DNA of 63,709 nt, filler included, from Choristocarpus tenellus KU-1152 (Eukaryota > Protista > Phaeophyceae): NCBI GenBank assembly GCA_964200185.2. It is 10 parts of 10 records of this genome, joined end to end, with 100 filler letters (N's around TTAATTAATTAA, not from the genome) between each part and the next. Parts side by side here need not be neighbours in the genome. Positions count along the whole stretch, not along the records: positions 11,507 to 21,968 come from CAXNAD020002916.1; positions 22,069 to 25,860 come from CAXNAD020017894.1; 8 more parts are not named here. One strand, written 5' to 3'. Numbering within the stretch: position 1 is the first letter of the stretch; every line of letters begins with the position of its first letter. Below the pieces are notes generated by a model. That model saw only the letters and a list, made by a program, of their open reading frames with translations. It did not search any database and had not been told where the DNA came from. Made by a program: the position numbers and the translations under genes. Of the stretch, positions 11,600 through 24,339 are shown piece by piece.

Positions 11600-14500
11600 C
11601 AGCAGGCACCAATAGCACAGGATGTATTTAAAGCCAGAGTCGCTCAGAGTAACATTTCCTAGAAATCATTTTATATGTGCCTATCTGTTCTGTAAGAGGG
11701 AACAAAATTGGGATTTTCTCATCATGCGTAATGTACTTTGTACTCGGACAACCATTTTGGAATCAGGTCTGGTCTAACGCCGAAAGTTGTATGTTTATGG
11801 AAGCACGTATGGCGTATGAAAGTTGCCCAGTCTACCCTCATTTCTGGTGTAATCTCAACAGGTGCGCCAGCTGCTGAAAGAAAAAGGTCCCAGGGCTGAC
11901 CTCATTGGACCTATGAACCACTGTTCCCTCTCCTCCTCACTCATCTCCACAAAAGATATTTCTGTACTAGGCAGTCTCCAGTACAATATTTGTAAGTTAT
12001 GGAGGTATCACACAGTCTGAGTATCCTGCACATTCGCCATCTGGTTCTATCACTCCAGGCTATTCCTTCCTCCAAACGATGCTTGTGAGAGTCCCTGACT
12101 CTCTGCACTCCTTGCTTGAATATTCTAGACTTGGTGGCTACCTTATCTCCTACAGGTATCTACAGGGATTTGACCTATACCATCCCCCACGTCCACCTTA
12201 CCCTTGACACTTTCTGCATCATCAACTCCTTTGCAGATACGACCTGGGGAAGGACCGTAACAACCACTTGGAAGTGGATGGGCTGATTTGGCAATCATTC
12301 ACCGAATTTTCTCCTTTTGGACCCCTCACTTTTGTTCTGGCGTGTGAGTTCAAAAGTTCTCTTGCCTTGGAGATTCTTGAATACCACCAACCCGTCACCA
12401 CCTTTGTTTGATAATTTGCATGTTGCCCTGTTGGAGGAGGACAATGCCATCGTAGTAATGTAGTCTCGACTACCTCCTTCACTAGTACCTTTCCTAATCA
12501 CTTCCACGGCTGTGATTCTCATACTCGTAACCTACCCTACACCCCCCGCCTTCTACTTTAAAAAGGAGTAATTATCATTATTAGATCATTATTGTTATTT
12601 TTTATCATTTTTATTCCACATATTAGACTGTATGTGTTGTTAACCTTTGAGTCCTGTCCCACTCTGAAATGCCTAGAATTCAAATGTGTTCCCCAAGCAC
12701 ACTCCCACTCAACTCTATACTATCATACTGCACCTCCTACAAATATTCAGACTCATCCTTCACTACCTTGCTATTTCGAACTTGACACTATATTGTAAGT
12801 GGAAGCGTTTGATGGGGGTGGGGTCGGGTGAGGGGATGATCTGATACCTTGCGTCTTCTGGTTGGAGTCTGTTAGGTCAGATGTATTCACCATACCGGTG
12901 TCCTAAGCTCCACAGTCCTCTTTTACTAGTCAGGGTACCAATCAGTTGCTCGAAAACATTGTTCATGCATGGTGGACATGACTACCCTGTGCTATCTGTT
13001 AATGAATAGTCCCAATGGTTACTCCAAACGTAGGGACAGCAACCTATGGCATCCATATACTCTCCTTCTACATGCGACTGTGGGCCAGTGAGTTGCCTGG
13101 GTATTGAACAAGCTCATCACGAAAGTCTTTGATTGGAACCAGTGACATTTTCAGTACACCTGATAACTCTGTGATCGTATTTTTTTTGAGGAGTTGAACA
13201 AAAGTACTTCGACATACTATGTATATATACTCTCTTTCTAACCCCTCACGTGACCAATGGCAACTCCCGATTAATCTCTAAAGGAATGGCATACTTGCCT
13301 GTTATTGGAGTGGGACATGTTAACATTTAGAGTAATTCGGTACCCAAGTTGAACAGTGTTCTCTCTCTTTATTCAGTTGTAACAGGAATGGCATTGGTTA
13401 GTACTGCTCAGTGAGCACGACCATGTACCCACCCTATCATCCCTTTGAGTTCTCTCCCAGTATGACTTCTACAGACTATCCAACTGTTTTACCACACAAT
13501 GATGTGCCATTTCATTACTACTGCTGACTTAGCTAAATTTATGTACTCACCCTACTATCCTACTGATTTCCCCCAGTGGCGACCTTCATCCAGTTATCTA
13601 CCTCACTATCATATGCTCTACTCTGTCAATTCTGGTACAGTTACCAACGGCTGGTAAAACCTATGGCAAGAACGGCAAATTCTATTCCTGATCCCGCCTA
13701 CACCGTATCCCCAATGACAGTTGTCATACTAGAAAACCATCCTACACTACAATGAGACCTAATCTGCTAATATCTACTTCGAAGTATCACTGATGCCGTG
13801 GAATATCCCACCTTGAAACCAAAACGGCGAAACAGCTACAACTGATCATTTAGTCAGGACATTTGGTTCAGGGGTATCTATGTCTAGTTACCCGTCCTAA
13901 TACTAATCTAAGTCCTCCACATATTACTCTTCACAAAGTACCACCCTAGTAATCATCCCACGATTAGGCTTCACCCTCCAATTTCGTCACAAAAATCCTG
14001 GGAAAATTAGCAAAAGTGTTGGCTGGCGACAGAAACTGCACAATCTATGACTGATCAAAATACATCCATTATTTCTCCATTTCAACGAAGATTTCCAAAT
14101 GTACTCCGACCGGCAATCACTACATAGTTGGTGTAGTCTGTACATTTTTCTTTACATATGTCATGGAAAATCCAAGATTCACCTGGAGGGACATAAGCTA
14201 GCACTTATTGGTTAGTCAAGACCACATTCCAATCTATCTATCCCTAGCCACTCACGCTATTATCATCATAAGTCCTCTAGTTGTAGCTTTTTATAGAATA
14301 TCAGGGTAACTACTACCTTCTATTAACTTTAGAAATTTCAATTTCATCATGGATGCTGAGGACTGCACAATCTAAGATTGGTCACGTAGACCCAATGCAC
14401 CCCTCCTGATTATGACTTTCACGGGGTATCCAGCGCTTTACAGTCCTACTGTGTGTGCTAACCTTTCAGTCCTTTTGTGGATGTCCTGGAACACTAGCCT

Positions 14501-15131
14501 TTGCGACCAGATCTGCATGAGCTACTATTGCCGGATTAGGCCCTATTACTAATTGATGTACGTATCCCTTAGTACCAACCTAGAATCACGCTCAGTCCTC
14601 AACTATCACTTCCATTCTGGATCGCCCCAGGTACCTCCCTACAAGATATCTGACTCCGTCACTATCATCACTCATGCCTAGTTCCCACCATAAGCAGGTG
14701 TTTTAACCACCCTCAACTATTATTATGCCCAACCACATCAATATCCCCACCCAATATCTACTACACTTGCTCATATTGTTTTGGGCAGCTTAGCATGCAT
14801 CATTCCCCTTTGCCCTTGTGAGAAAGAATGCGCAGAGGTTGCCTTGATCCTGCCCCAGTTGTTCTTCTACTCCTGCCTTTGATTTTGACCCTTTTGTACT
14901 ACCTACTTCTTCCCAACCTTCCTTCTCTCCATTATCTACTTTCTCATTTTCAATTATTTTCTCGGATCCATATTCTGCTTTCAGGCCATTCACGAATTAA
15001 TCCTTTCATCTACCCTCTCTACCTTTTCCTTTTTCCCTTGCCCCTATGCCATATGGTTTACGTATCGACCCCTTCAAATCCTCACTCTCTCATGATCACA
15101 AAAAATCGAATTAGTGAATAAACTTTCCCTT
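11600..15131 (-). mobile_element. Highly decayed retrotransposon sequence with LINE-like RT traces
   Basis: Minus-strand RFGFKVGYSTASVIL (about 13780-13825) resembles the non-LTR RT motif GFRxGRSTxD; VYGC near 13055; no long ORF, CpG-poor. Boundaries and class uncertain. Confidence 0.35.
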
Positions 15132-15729
15132 ATTCACTCAAGTATATAGAGGGGGTATCTTTTTAAGGCATGCCAGTCAATAAGGCATGCCAATCTGAAT
15201 GGACACATCATTATCGATTTGTGATACACAGCATATTTCTGGGCTATAGCGGACAGGCATGCCATACCAAGGGTGGTGAGAACCCGGTTTGCGGTCACAG
15301 AGTCTCAAGCAGTGGCCTTCCCAAGTACATCCTGCACACTTGACCATGCTGTATACAGCAAAAGGCCGCTGTCTCACTCCTGCCATGACACTGAGACCAC
15401 CACACTTCACTGGACATCAAGGTCAGTGTGGACACCACCTTAAATGGAATTTGTGGCATCATGGATTCGGATGAGGACAATGAGATGAAGGGGCTGTGCT
15501 TTGATTGTCACACTCCCAAGGAAGAGAAGAGTGAGGGCACAAGGGCACCTGCGATGATGAGAACATCGTTGTGTGAAGGACTCCATCCCCTCCACCCGGA
15601 AACAGCATCTTGTTACAGACAAGGTATGGCTGTCTACCACGGGGTCAGCTAGCAGAAAGTGTCGCCAACAAGGTTGTGAGCAGTGCCTTATCCAGCACGG
15701 CAAAGCACATGGGGGAACAGAAGGACACA

Positions 15730-15885
15730 TTAGGTGGTGCCAGCAAACGGAAAATGACTATCCGTGGGAGAGAGAAGGATGAAGTGCTGGAATTGCTAGG
15801 TGGAAACGCGATGAACTAAGTCAGTATAGCAGAGCAATTCGGTGCAACTACATCTTCTTGATTTGGAGGCAAAAAAGGCTAAAAG
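15730..15885 (+). mobile_element. pogo/Tigger (CENP-B-like) transposase N-terminal HTH relic
   Basis: SKRKMTIRGREKDEVLELLGGNAMN*VSIAEQFGATTSS* resembles the psq/CENP-B N-terminal HTH; two in-frame stops. Confidence 0.45.
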
Positions 15886-17151
15886 AGAGTAGACTAGAGG
15901 TGCCTGTACAATGCCACACAAGGCCAGAATTGAGTTCTTGAGTGCTCTCGCTTCAAGACCTGCAGCGTAGACAAATATTTACACATAGTTCCTCGACTGG
16001 CAGGTATCGCGATATGCTTCTGTTCTGTGCACCCAACAAATCCTTACCATTACTGATAAACACACACATGACATTGCACAGACACCTCACACTCGATCGG
16101 AAAGTACAATTCAATCAAACACGCGGACCCCACTTCTATGTGAAATACCACCTTTTCTTAGTTTTTACAGGCTTTTTTTTTAAAGAAGCCGTGTGCGAGG
16201 CCTGAAATTGCTACACCTTGTGCACTTTTCCCAATAATAAGGCGTGTGTGTGTTTTTGGCTTTGGACAAGCGCGTCTCGAAATTGCATCCCACACTACAC
16301 TGTTTTTTTTCCCCCTTTTGGAGTTAGCTTAGTGGTAGAGACAATTATAGTCAGGATGCGGATCGTTCATTTTCGATTATTTCAATTATATTCAGTAGAA
16401 TCAAATTGCATTTTTATATTATTTGTTGAAAGAAAAAAACACATACATATGTGTACAGGTGTATGGAATAACGTAACAGTCAACTTGCTGGTTTTGTTTT
16501 ATTTTGTTCAAATACACAAGGAGTGTAGAAAAAAAACAAAGAGAGTGGATAGAAAAGAATTGTACTTGCTGCTTTGATGTCTCCTCCCCTCCCCCCTGCA
16601 CCCCACCCCTGCACACAGCCCGTTCATCCCATGTAAAATCCGTCCAGTCACTACACAACAAAATAAACTACTGATGAGCCTATGAATAACCAAATTTTGT
16701 ACTTTTCCCAAATAGATCACATGAGTAAAAAGTTGACATACCAAAGTTCATTGCAACAGGGCATGACTATATATATATATGCATATCACAGCTCTTGTAT
16801 GTACATACAGCATGCCCCCGATGAAAGTACATCTTGATGGATATAGTCAATAAGACCACCACAAAGAAATGACGGTATCAACTAACAGGGTGACAGTCCC
16901 TTCTAACCAAAACCTTCTACCCCTCTGTCCTAGAGACAAGCAAGGATGAGGAATCTCCCCACCCTCCCCTTGTCCTTTATGATCTTCATCGCACATTACA
17001 TCAGGTGCACAACTACCTTTACACCTTACACCGACATATGAGAGCACCAAACTATTCCTACCCTACCAAGTCAGCACCCTGCTGAAACAAAGTGCAGTCA
17101 GAAGAAAAGGAAGCATTTCAACCACAGCAAGGTGTTGAGGTCAGTTGCCTA

Positions 17152-19135
17152 TCACACCTGTTGCTGGGTCAACAACACCTCACTATCCTCACCAGAAGGG
17201 GGAGAGGAGGAATCGTTACACTTGACCAGTCCTACAAGAATCGCTGCCCCCCCCAACAACCCAGCACATAAGAGTGAGGCCATGACCCTCATTTGCGATG
17301 CATAAACCAGGAAGGTGAAGAGCAATGTCGTCACCAGCAGTTTGCTGACCCCGAGCACAAGGCCACGAACCTTTTGCAGATATTTTGAGAAATAGTGATT
17401 CATAGAGAAGTGGATGGAGGGGAGGGATGGGGACGGGTCGGTTGTGAAGGGTGCAGAACAGATCTGGCAAAATCCGATGTTTCATTCATCAGTCATGTAT
17501 CCCGGATATATCCAGATTATTTTCGGTTGTTACATCGAAGGCATCTCTCCCCTTTGTAAGCTTTACGCTCTACCTCAAATCTGGAAAGGTGTTGCTAGAA
17601 AAAAGTTATACAACGCGAAAGCTGGATCAGAAAAAATTAAAGTACACAAGGCAAAGTCATTCAAGACGGAACAAATAGGAAAAAAAAGAAGAAGAGGGGG
17701 CTCCAACAAATGCTCAGAATGATGAAAAACCCACAGAATCCTCAAAAGAGTGCAGCATACTATAATAATGCACGCCTTACCTCTTGTGGAACATATTTGC
17801 CACGTATGACCCCCATTGCATTCAAATATACCCCACCGCAAACTTCAAAACCGAGAAGTGCTGCTAGTACATTTGTGCCTGAAGGTTCTGTAGCCAGAAT
17901 TATGAATGCTGTCGACCCCCCTGCGCACGCCAATAGGCACATAGTCTCTGGCGTGACCTTTAACGTCGAAGTGGCCAGCTTGTATCCAAAGGATCCGATC
18001 ATGATACATGTCATGAATTGGGAAAACACAATGCCCCAGTCAAGTTCAACGAGCCATGACTGAGGGGCTGGAGAATCACTCACGCCGTCCAAGAGTAGTG
18101 GTGTCCAGAGCAGGCCAAATGCAAACGTGGTCGCTTCGAAACATGCTTGTGCTGATGACACCAGGGCCATTTTGCGGTTGCTACCAACAGCCGTCCAGGC
18201 CCGAGAGGTCAACCGAGCGGTGTCGGCACACTTGGGGCAAGCCTTGTTGGTGTCCCGTCGCCAGGTGAGAAGAATTTGAGTAGTGTTCAAAGCTACTATT
18301 ACTATGGAGAGTTTGTATGGGCCCATGTTCCCGCCTAGGCTGTGCGCCATGGTTGTGATTGGTCCAACAGCAACTGCTAAGAAGCTCATTCCCACCGACA
18401 GGCGATTGAACGTCTGGGTAAACCAATCAAGGGGGAATCCCTGGCTCACATGCTGGCCCACCATCCAGGACTCGAAGGAGGAGTGGAGGAGGGCCGCGGC
18501 GAGACCTCCCAGGAAACGGCTGGTCACCAACCCCCCAAACGCAGGATGAAGGAGCATGCCAGCAGAAGCAGCCTGCAACATGAGGCAAGCGACGCAACGA
18601 AACTTCATGGGGATAAAGCCGCCTGCCACCTCAAGGACAACTGCGAATGCCAGCTGTGACATTACTCCCGCCAGATACATTATTACCACTTGTGCTTCAT
18701 CATGGTACTCCCGGAGGACGCTGAACAGGTAGCCTGATTGGAGCCATTCCGTTAACAAGGCGACTAGGTAGACCCCTGAGAGCGAGAGAAAATTGTAGTT
18801 CAGGAACGAGATTATCGAATCCTTGAACTCCTGAAGCACAATGCACGTGCTGCAAGGTTCTCGAGCAAGGGCATCTAGCAACTCATGATGGCACAAATTC
18901 GTTATCTGAACACATTTTGTTTCAAAGGCAAATGGGGTAACTCACTCATAAAAGTGCCTTGGAATTCTTTAAAATCTGGGGTGAGGTGAACCTCGCCCTC
19001 CTCTATCCTCTGCTGGTACTTCACCCTGATCACTAAAACCCCCAGCACACAGGCAAGGCCCATCAAGCCATACATCCATGCTTCCGACCATGCATCGCTG
19101 GATATTTCTCCTAATTCTGAATATTTATCGTCCAT
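17152..19135 (-). CDS. MFS transporter of the MFSD5/MOT2 (molybdate-anion transporter-like) family, about 467 aa
   Basis: Exons 18946-19135, 17781-18775, 17152-17370 splice in frame. Motifs FKEFQ..VYLVALLTEWLQSGY, LGGLAAALLHSSFESWMVGQH, IVFSQFMTCIMIGS, FEVCGGVY..IRGKYVPQEVRG; multiple TM segments. Confidence 0.88.
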
Positions 19136-19799
19136 TCTAAAACGTAATTTGGACAGATATGTTAGCGTTGAGGCCTACTAATAGGTCCACGTTTTTCCCC
19201 TAAGGGATACTACAGCTGAGTATGCCCTATCGAAGATCAAGTTGGATGTGGTGGAGATGCTTCTGGTTTGAAGAAGGGGGCGTTTGTAAAGAGGTTGGCT
19301 TCGCTGAGTAACTGTAAGATTTTCTGTTTGTATCGTTGATGGGGGAGAGACACTTTACACTTAATTGCGTAAATAGGCTAGTACTGGGGGTCGAGCAGCC
19401 ACGATGATATGCTCGACCCCCAAAGATGGACTTCCTTCCAGAACGTGTAAACGGGCAGGTCAGAGTGGCGGTATTCCCCACATAGTAATCCTCGATGAGA
19501 ATGCAATGTACGATCACTACATGCGACGTCTCAAAAGGTTATGGATGCGCCGTGCTGAGGTGCGTTGTAGACGTAGGAACAAGGGTGTACCTGGATTTCC
19601 AGCCAAGCTTCCTACATGTCCTGTCATATTGAGAATTATTCGGTTGGCCAGACGAAGTTCGACTAACCCCTATCGCCTCTTGTCAATATGCATGATGCTT
19701 TGGCAGACCCGCAAAAAGCAGAAATATAATGGACGCGACCATCACGTTTCATTGGCTTTCAATAAACGTCCGATCGGTTTCTTGCTCGACCCAAACACC
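19136..19799. promoter_or_regulatory. Putative bidirectional CpG-rich promoter region
   Basis: 664 bp between divergent ATGs (19135 minus, 19800 plus); CpG-rich; contains a 13-bp perfect inverted repeat at 19385-19422. Confidence 0.55.
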
Positions 19800-21600
19800 A
19801 TGAGTCAAGAGAAAAATCCCACTGAGCTTCAAGCACAACAGTGCCAAAGGCTGAGACGTGCTGCCAAGGATGACAAAGAGGTGAGTTGACCAGTGTTATG
19901 CTGTAGTGGAGGTGATATTACGAGTTCTCCGTTGCGCTAAGACTTTCGTTTGGTGTCTTCAACCCAGACCGAGCCAACCAAACATCAACAAGCGTCAAAG
20001 TCCAAGGCTGCATCGCCAACAGTCAGAAACAGTGTACGGGGCCTGGCAAGGTGGGCAGATGTGAGGGAACGCAATTTGGCTGCTTCCAGTCCAGGTCCTG
20101 TCCTTGCCCCAACAGATTATCTTCTGCATAGCAGGAAGAGGAGTTCTGGTCGCTTGATTTCCACAGGCGGGGAACAAAGAATCCTTCCCTTCCCAAGTCC
20201 AAAAGGTAATTTTTGCCTCGAAATTCTCTGGTATAGTTTCTGTTGACAGGATGAGACGAGAGTTCCCTTATTTTGAGGATCTGAAAGGTGTACAGCCGCA
20301 ACAGGGCTCTGGTCAGGGAAAGCACTAGGGTGCCTCCTATAATTTAACTCCATCTCGGAGGTCTCCTACGTCGGTTGTGGTGAAATTAGAATAGGCAACA
20401 ACAACACAGCAATGACAACTCGCTCTCTTCAGGGTAGGATTCCTATTGCAAGCAAGCAAGCAAGCAAAGCCCACCTCCCTCGACAAATTTACTGTCCTCT
20501 GTTTACTGATTACAGTGCAACGCCCAGGAAGTGCACCTGCTGGACGCCGGCAGGTCAACGCAGCATTATATTCCCCTCGAAGGAGTGGCACTGCTGAAGA
20601 AAAGACGTCTGGACTGAGGACTTCCAACATAGATCTCCTGGATCTAGAGACATCCAACCTACTGAAGAGTTGCCAAGTCACATCATCCTTCTTACAGGCG
20701 AAAGGTAGATCAAATCATGCCCACACCAACCAAGCCCAAGGACCTCGCCCAAGAAAAGCAGTGCATGCAAAACCTACGCAAGGCAAGTGTGACCCTCTAA
20801 CCAGCCAGCATCTTCTACTTTGGATATTTTCGACTTTGCAGTGTATTTTAGATCAGTATGTGATTAGTGACATTGATATTATCAGGTTGCATGCACTCAC
20901 ACAGATGGGTCAGGAACCGCTTATTGTTTTTCTTCTACGCCATGTTCTCCCAACCCTGGCAGGAAATAATATTTTATAATAGGAAACCTCTTTACTGGGA
21001 GCTGTTCTGGCCATATGTGGCAACAAATCTCATTGGGCGTCCATTTATTACAGCTTTAGTCTATTGTACCTCACCCAAGCAGGGCAAGTCAAGGCCAAGT
21101 TCTTGATGAGGCACAGACTGCCACAGTAAGAGCAGTAGCTGGGTGAATGTCATAGTACCCAGCAAAGATACACCCTTGACCTCTCTGATCTTCAGTTATT
21201 TATATTGAATAGCCCCAGATTGGCCTCAAACAAGGTTGCTCAACACTCTATATAGTAGCCCAACATGAAAAATAAATGACGTGGTTAGAGGCAGTACTTC
21301 TTGATAAAATGAACAACGCATTTATCATAAGTTGGTAGTCTTTGTATCAGTGTGATATTATCCTGGTTTGCATTGTTGTATTTTTCTACTCCATATTTTC
21401 AGGTATTGCTGCCACCCTGTTTTTCTAAATCCAGGCAGCCTTCCTGATATTGAGAGTTTGGGAAGAAATGATGTGGTGCTGCTGGTGGCGGGCTTGGGCA
21501 TGGCACGATACTGTCACAAGTTTAGGGCATTTGGTATCACTGGATCAGACCTTGCAATATGTACTGAGCAAGACTTAATACAGATAGGCATTGATTTCAG
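19800..21600 (+). CDS. SAM (sterile alpha motif) domain protein, 5' part
   Basis: First exon 19800-19880 (MSQEKN..DDKE, GTGAGT donor); exon at about 21435-21600 encodes IESLGRNDVVLLVAGLGMARYCHKFRAFGITGSDLAICTEQDLIQIGI, a typical SAM pattern. Middle exons unresolved. Confidence 0.65.
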
Positions 21601-21948
21601 GTGGGAGCTCTGAATGTACAGGGTTGTGAATGAAGAAGGAGGATGGGGTGCGAGTTGTTATTGTAGTTGTTTTTTGCCCTTTGTCCCTCAGTATCAGCAG
21701 TTCACCAGGCCTTGTTCACCCCAAATTGCAACTATGTAATTTAGAAAGTTAGTAAGTACCGACAATACTGTTGTGTCCCATCTATCTTGCTTTCTGAAAT
21801 CGAAATAATATACCATCAAAAAAGTGTATCTTCCTCGCAAGATTGCTGTCTCAATTCTTCATTGCACCGATGAAAGAGTAACTGCATCTACCTAGGCAGG
21901 TTTCAGTTCAACTGGTTTTCTTCAGGTCCTCCATCTGAGTGCAGTGTA

Positions 21949-21968
21949 GGGTCAAAGTATCTGGGGGG
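21949..21968 (+). mobile_element. MITE terminus at contig end
   Basis: GGGTCAAAGTATCTGGGGGG. Confidence 0.75.
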
Positions 21969-22078
21969 NNNNNNNNNNNNNNNNNNNNNNNNNNNNNNNN
22001 NNNNNNNNNNNNTTAATTAATTAANNNNNNNNNNNNNNNNNNNNNNNNNNNNNNNNNNNNNNNNNNNNCGAGGCAGAC

Positions 22079-24290
22079 ATGACTGGGGGTGAGAACCCAA
22101 ATATTGGACGTGGGACTCAAAATGCAAAGCGCCCAGCTTCCCCACACGGTCAAGAAATTCCCAAGATGAGACAACGCCAACGCATAGATAGGGCTGCACA
22201 AATGGCAACCAAACGCTTGACCCCACACTCTGAGAGGCGGAAATCTGCCTGGCCGGAGCAGCGCCGGCGGATGACCCACACATGCCAAATGTGTGCCCAG
22301 GAAGAGGATAAGGAAATGGAAATGAACCACTTCGTATCAACCCTTATGCAGCAGAACAACGAAGAAGTGTACTGCTTTATGGGTCTCATGGGAGAAGTAA
22401 CAGCAGGTCCAGACGAGCCATCCACAACAAAGGCGACCTTGAGTGGGCCAGATGGAGAGCAGTGGCAAGAGGCAATGGAGAAGGAAATGTCAGGGTTGTG
22501 GCAAAAAGGGACTTTTAGTGACAAGGCCCTGCCCCAAGGGAGGAAAGCAATCAAGACACGATTTGTCTTCAAGATCAAGCACTCAGCAGACGGGTCAGTG
22601 GAAAGATGTAAGGCTAGACTTGTGGCCTGTGGGTTCACCCAAAATGCAGGAGTGGACTTCTTTGAAACCTTCAGCCCGGTGGTGGGATATGACACACTAC
22701 GATGCATCGTATCAGTTGCAGCGTACAGAGGTTGGAGCTAGATGCCCTGGACTTTACACAGGCCTACCTCAACGCTGATCTGCAGGAGGACATCTGGTTG
22801 GAGCTTCCTGATGGCTGCACAGTCAAGGCCGAGAAGGCAATTTATGGGCTGAAGCAGTCAGCAATGGAATGGTACCATAAACTACGCAGTACCATTATAT
22901 CAGAAGGATGGACAAGCAGCCAACATGACGAGTGCCTCTACTTCAAGAAGAGTGAAGATGGACGCATTGCTATTCTCACGACCTATGTGGACGACACTTT
23001 CACCACTGGGGACTTCACAGAAGGAATCCAGAGGATGAGGGCATCACTGCTGGAAAAGTACGAGGGGTGGGACCTAGGTACGCCAGACAAGCTGATTGGG
23101 GTGGGGGCATCACTGTGGGTGAAGATAGAATTACCTTGGATCAACAAATGTACGCTAAAAGCATTGTTATGGCTGGGATGGGTACTTTAGAAGTACGAAA
23201 GACACCAACACCACTGGACCCCGGCATGGACCTCTCTGCTAAACAAGATCACGAGGAGGAGCTAGATCCCATCCTATACCCTTATGCCAGTATTCTTGGG
23301 AAACTTATGTTCTTAGCAGGCATGACTCGACCAGATCTGGCTAACAGTATACGTGAACTGGGGCATAGAGCAGCATCTCCATGCATACGACACTGGCGCG
23401 GACTACAGCACATTCTGCGCTACGTAGCAGGGACATTGGATGTCTGCATTCATTATGATCGAGCGGATAAAGATAAAGATATGAAAGAGGAGTGAAAGTA
23501 TCTTAGAGGGTACGAATTTTGCCCTGTTTGTCCATGTGGGGCTTGGCTTCCCACGGGTTTTTATNNNNNNNNNNGGAGTGTCCAGACAAGGATATTGACA
23601 TCTCCTAACAAACATGACAGTCAAAATTACATCAAAATTGCAACATTGGATTTTTACCCCCAAATGGACGCAGCTGTACCCTCTAAGATACTTTGGCTCA
23701 GAGATGGACGAAGAACTCCTGGTGGGGTATGGAGATTTTGACTGGGGCACAGACTCCCAAACATGCAGAAGTGTCACAGGCTACTTGCTACTTTTAAACA
23801 AGTCGCCGATTACCTGCCGATCCAAACTTCAAGGCGCAGTCACCCTCTCCAGCTCGGAGGCAGAGTGGACGGCAATGGCATATGGCATGCGCCACTGCAT
23901 TTTTATTAGAGGCATTCTGGGGGAGATAGGCACACTACAGGACCAGACTCCCTGGTTCTGTGACAACGGTGGTGCTATTCAGGCGGGAAGCATCACAGGC
24001 TTCAATGACAGGACTAAGCACGTAGATATGAAGTTGAAGTGTACCAGAGAGTATGTAGATCAAGGCATATTTCATATCGAGTATATTCCAACACGCACGC
24101 AATTGGCAGAATTGTTAACCAAGTCTTCACACAAGAGTTTTATATCTGATTTTGTGCATTCAGTGCTTTCACGTCGAGAGTGAGCTTTAGTCAGCAACTT
24201 TGCTGCACGCTCATGGGGGAGTGTGCAATATTGGCTAGGCAGTCTATAGGGAGTTATATGTTTAGTGAACAGTAAGGTCCAGCTGAAACG
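22079..24290 (+). mobile_element. Ty1/Copia LTR retrotransposon, RT-RNase H pseudogene with PPT and start of 3' LTR
   Basis: WQEAMEKEM, RFVFKIK..KARLVACGFTQ..DFFETFSPV, YGLKQS, YVDD, TRPDLA, RSVTGY, TLSSSEAE, CDN, RTKHVD. Frameshifts near 22740 and 23100. PPT GGGGGAG at 24215-24221 followed by TG at 24222. Confidence 0.95.
23490..23699. mobile_element. Non-autonomous DNA transposon (Sola2-like MITE) inserted in Copia
   Basis: 24-bp TIRs GAGtgAAAGTATCTTAGAGGGTAC / GTACCCTCTAAGATACTTTggCTC; 4-bp TSD AGAG (23486-23489, 23700-23703); removing it restores the Copia frame. Internal 10-N gap. Confidence 0.9.
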
Positions 24291-24339
24291 TTTTACTTTC
24301 AGGCTTTGGCAGGCACAGTAGAGTGACGTTCAACCAGTG

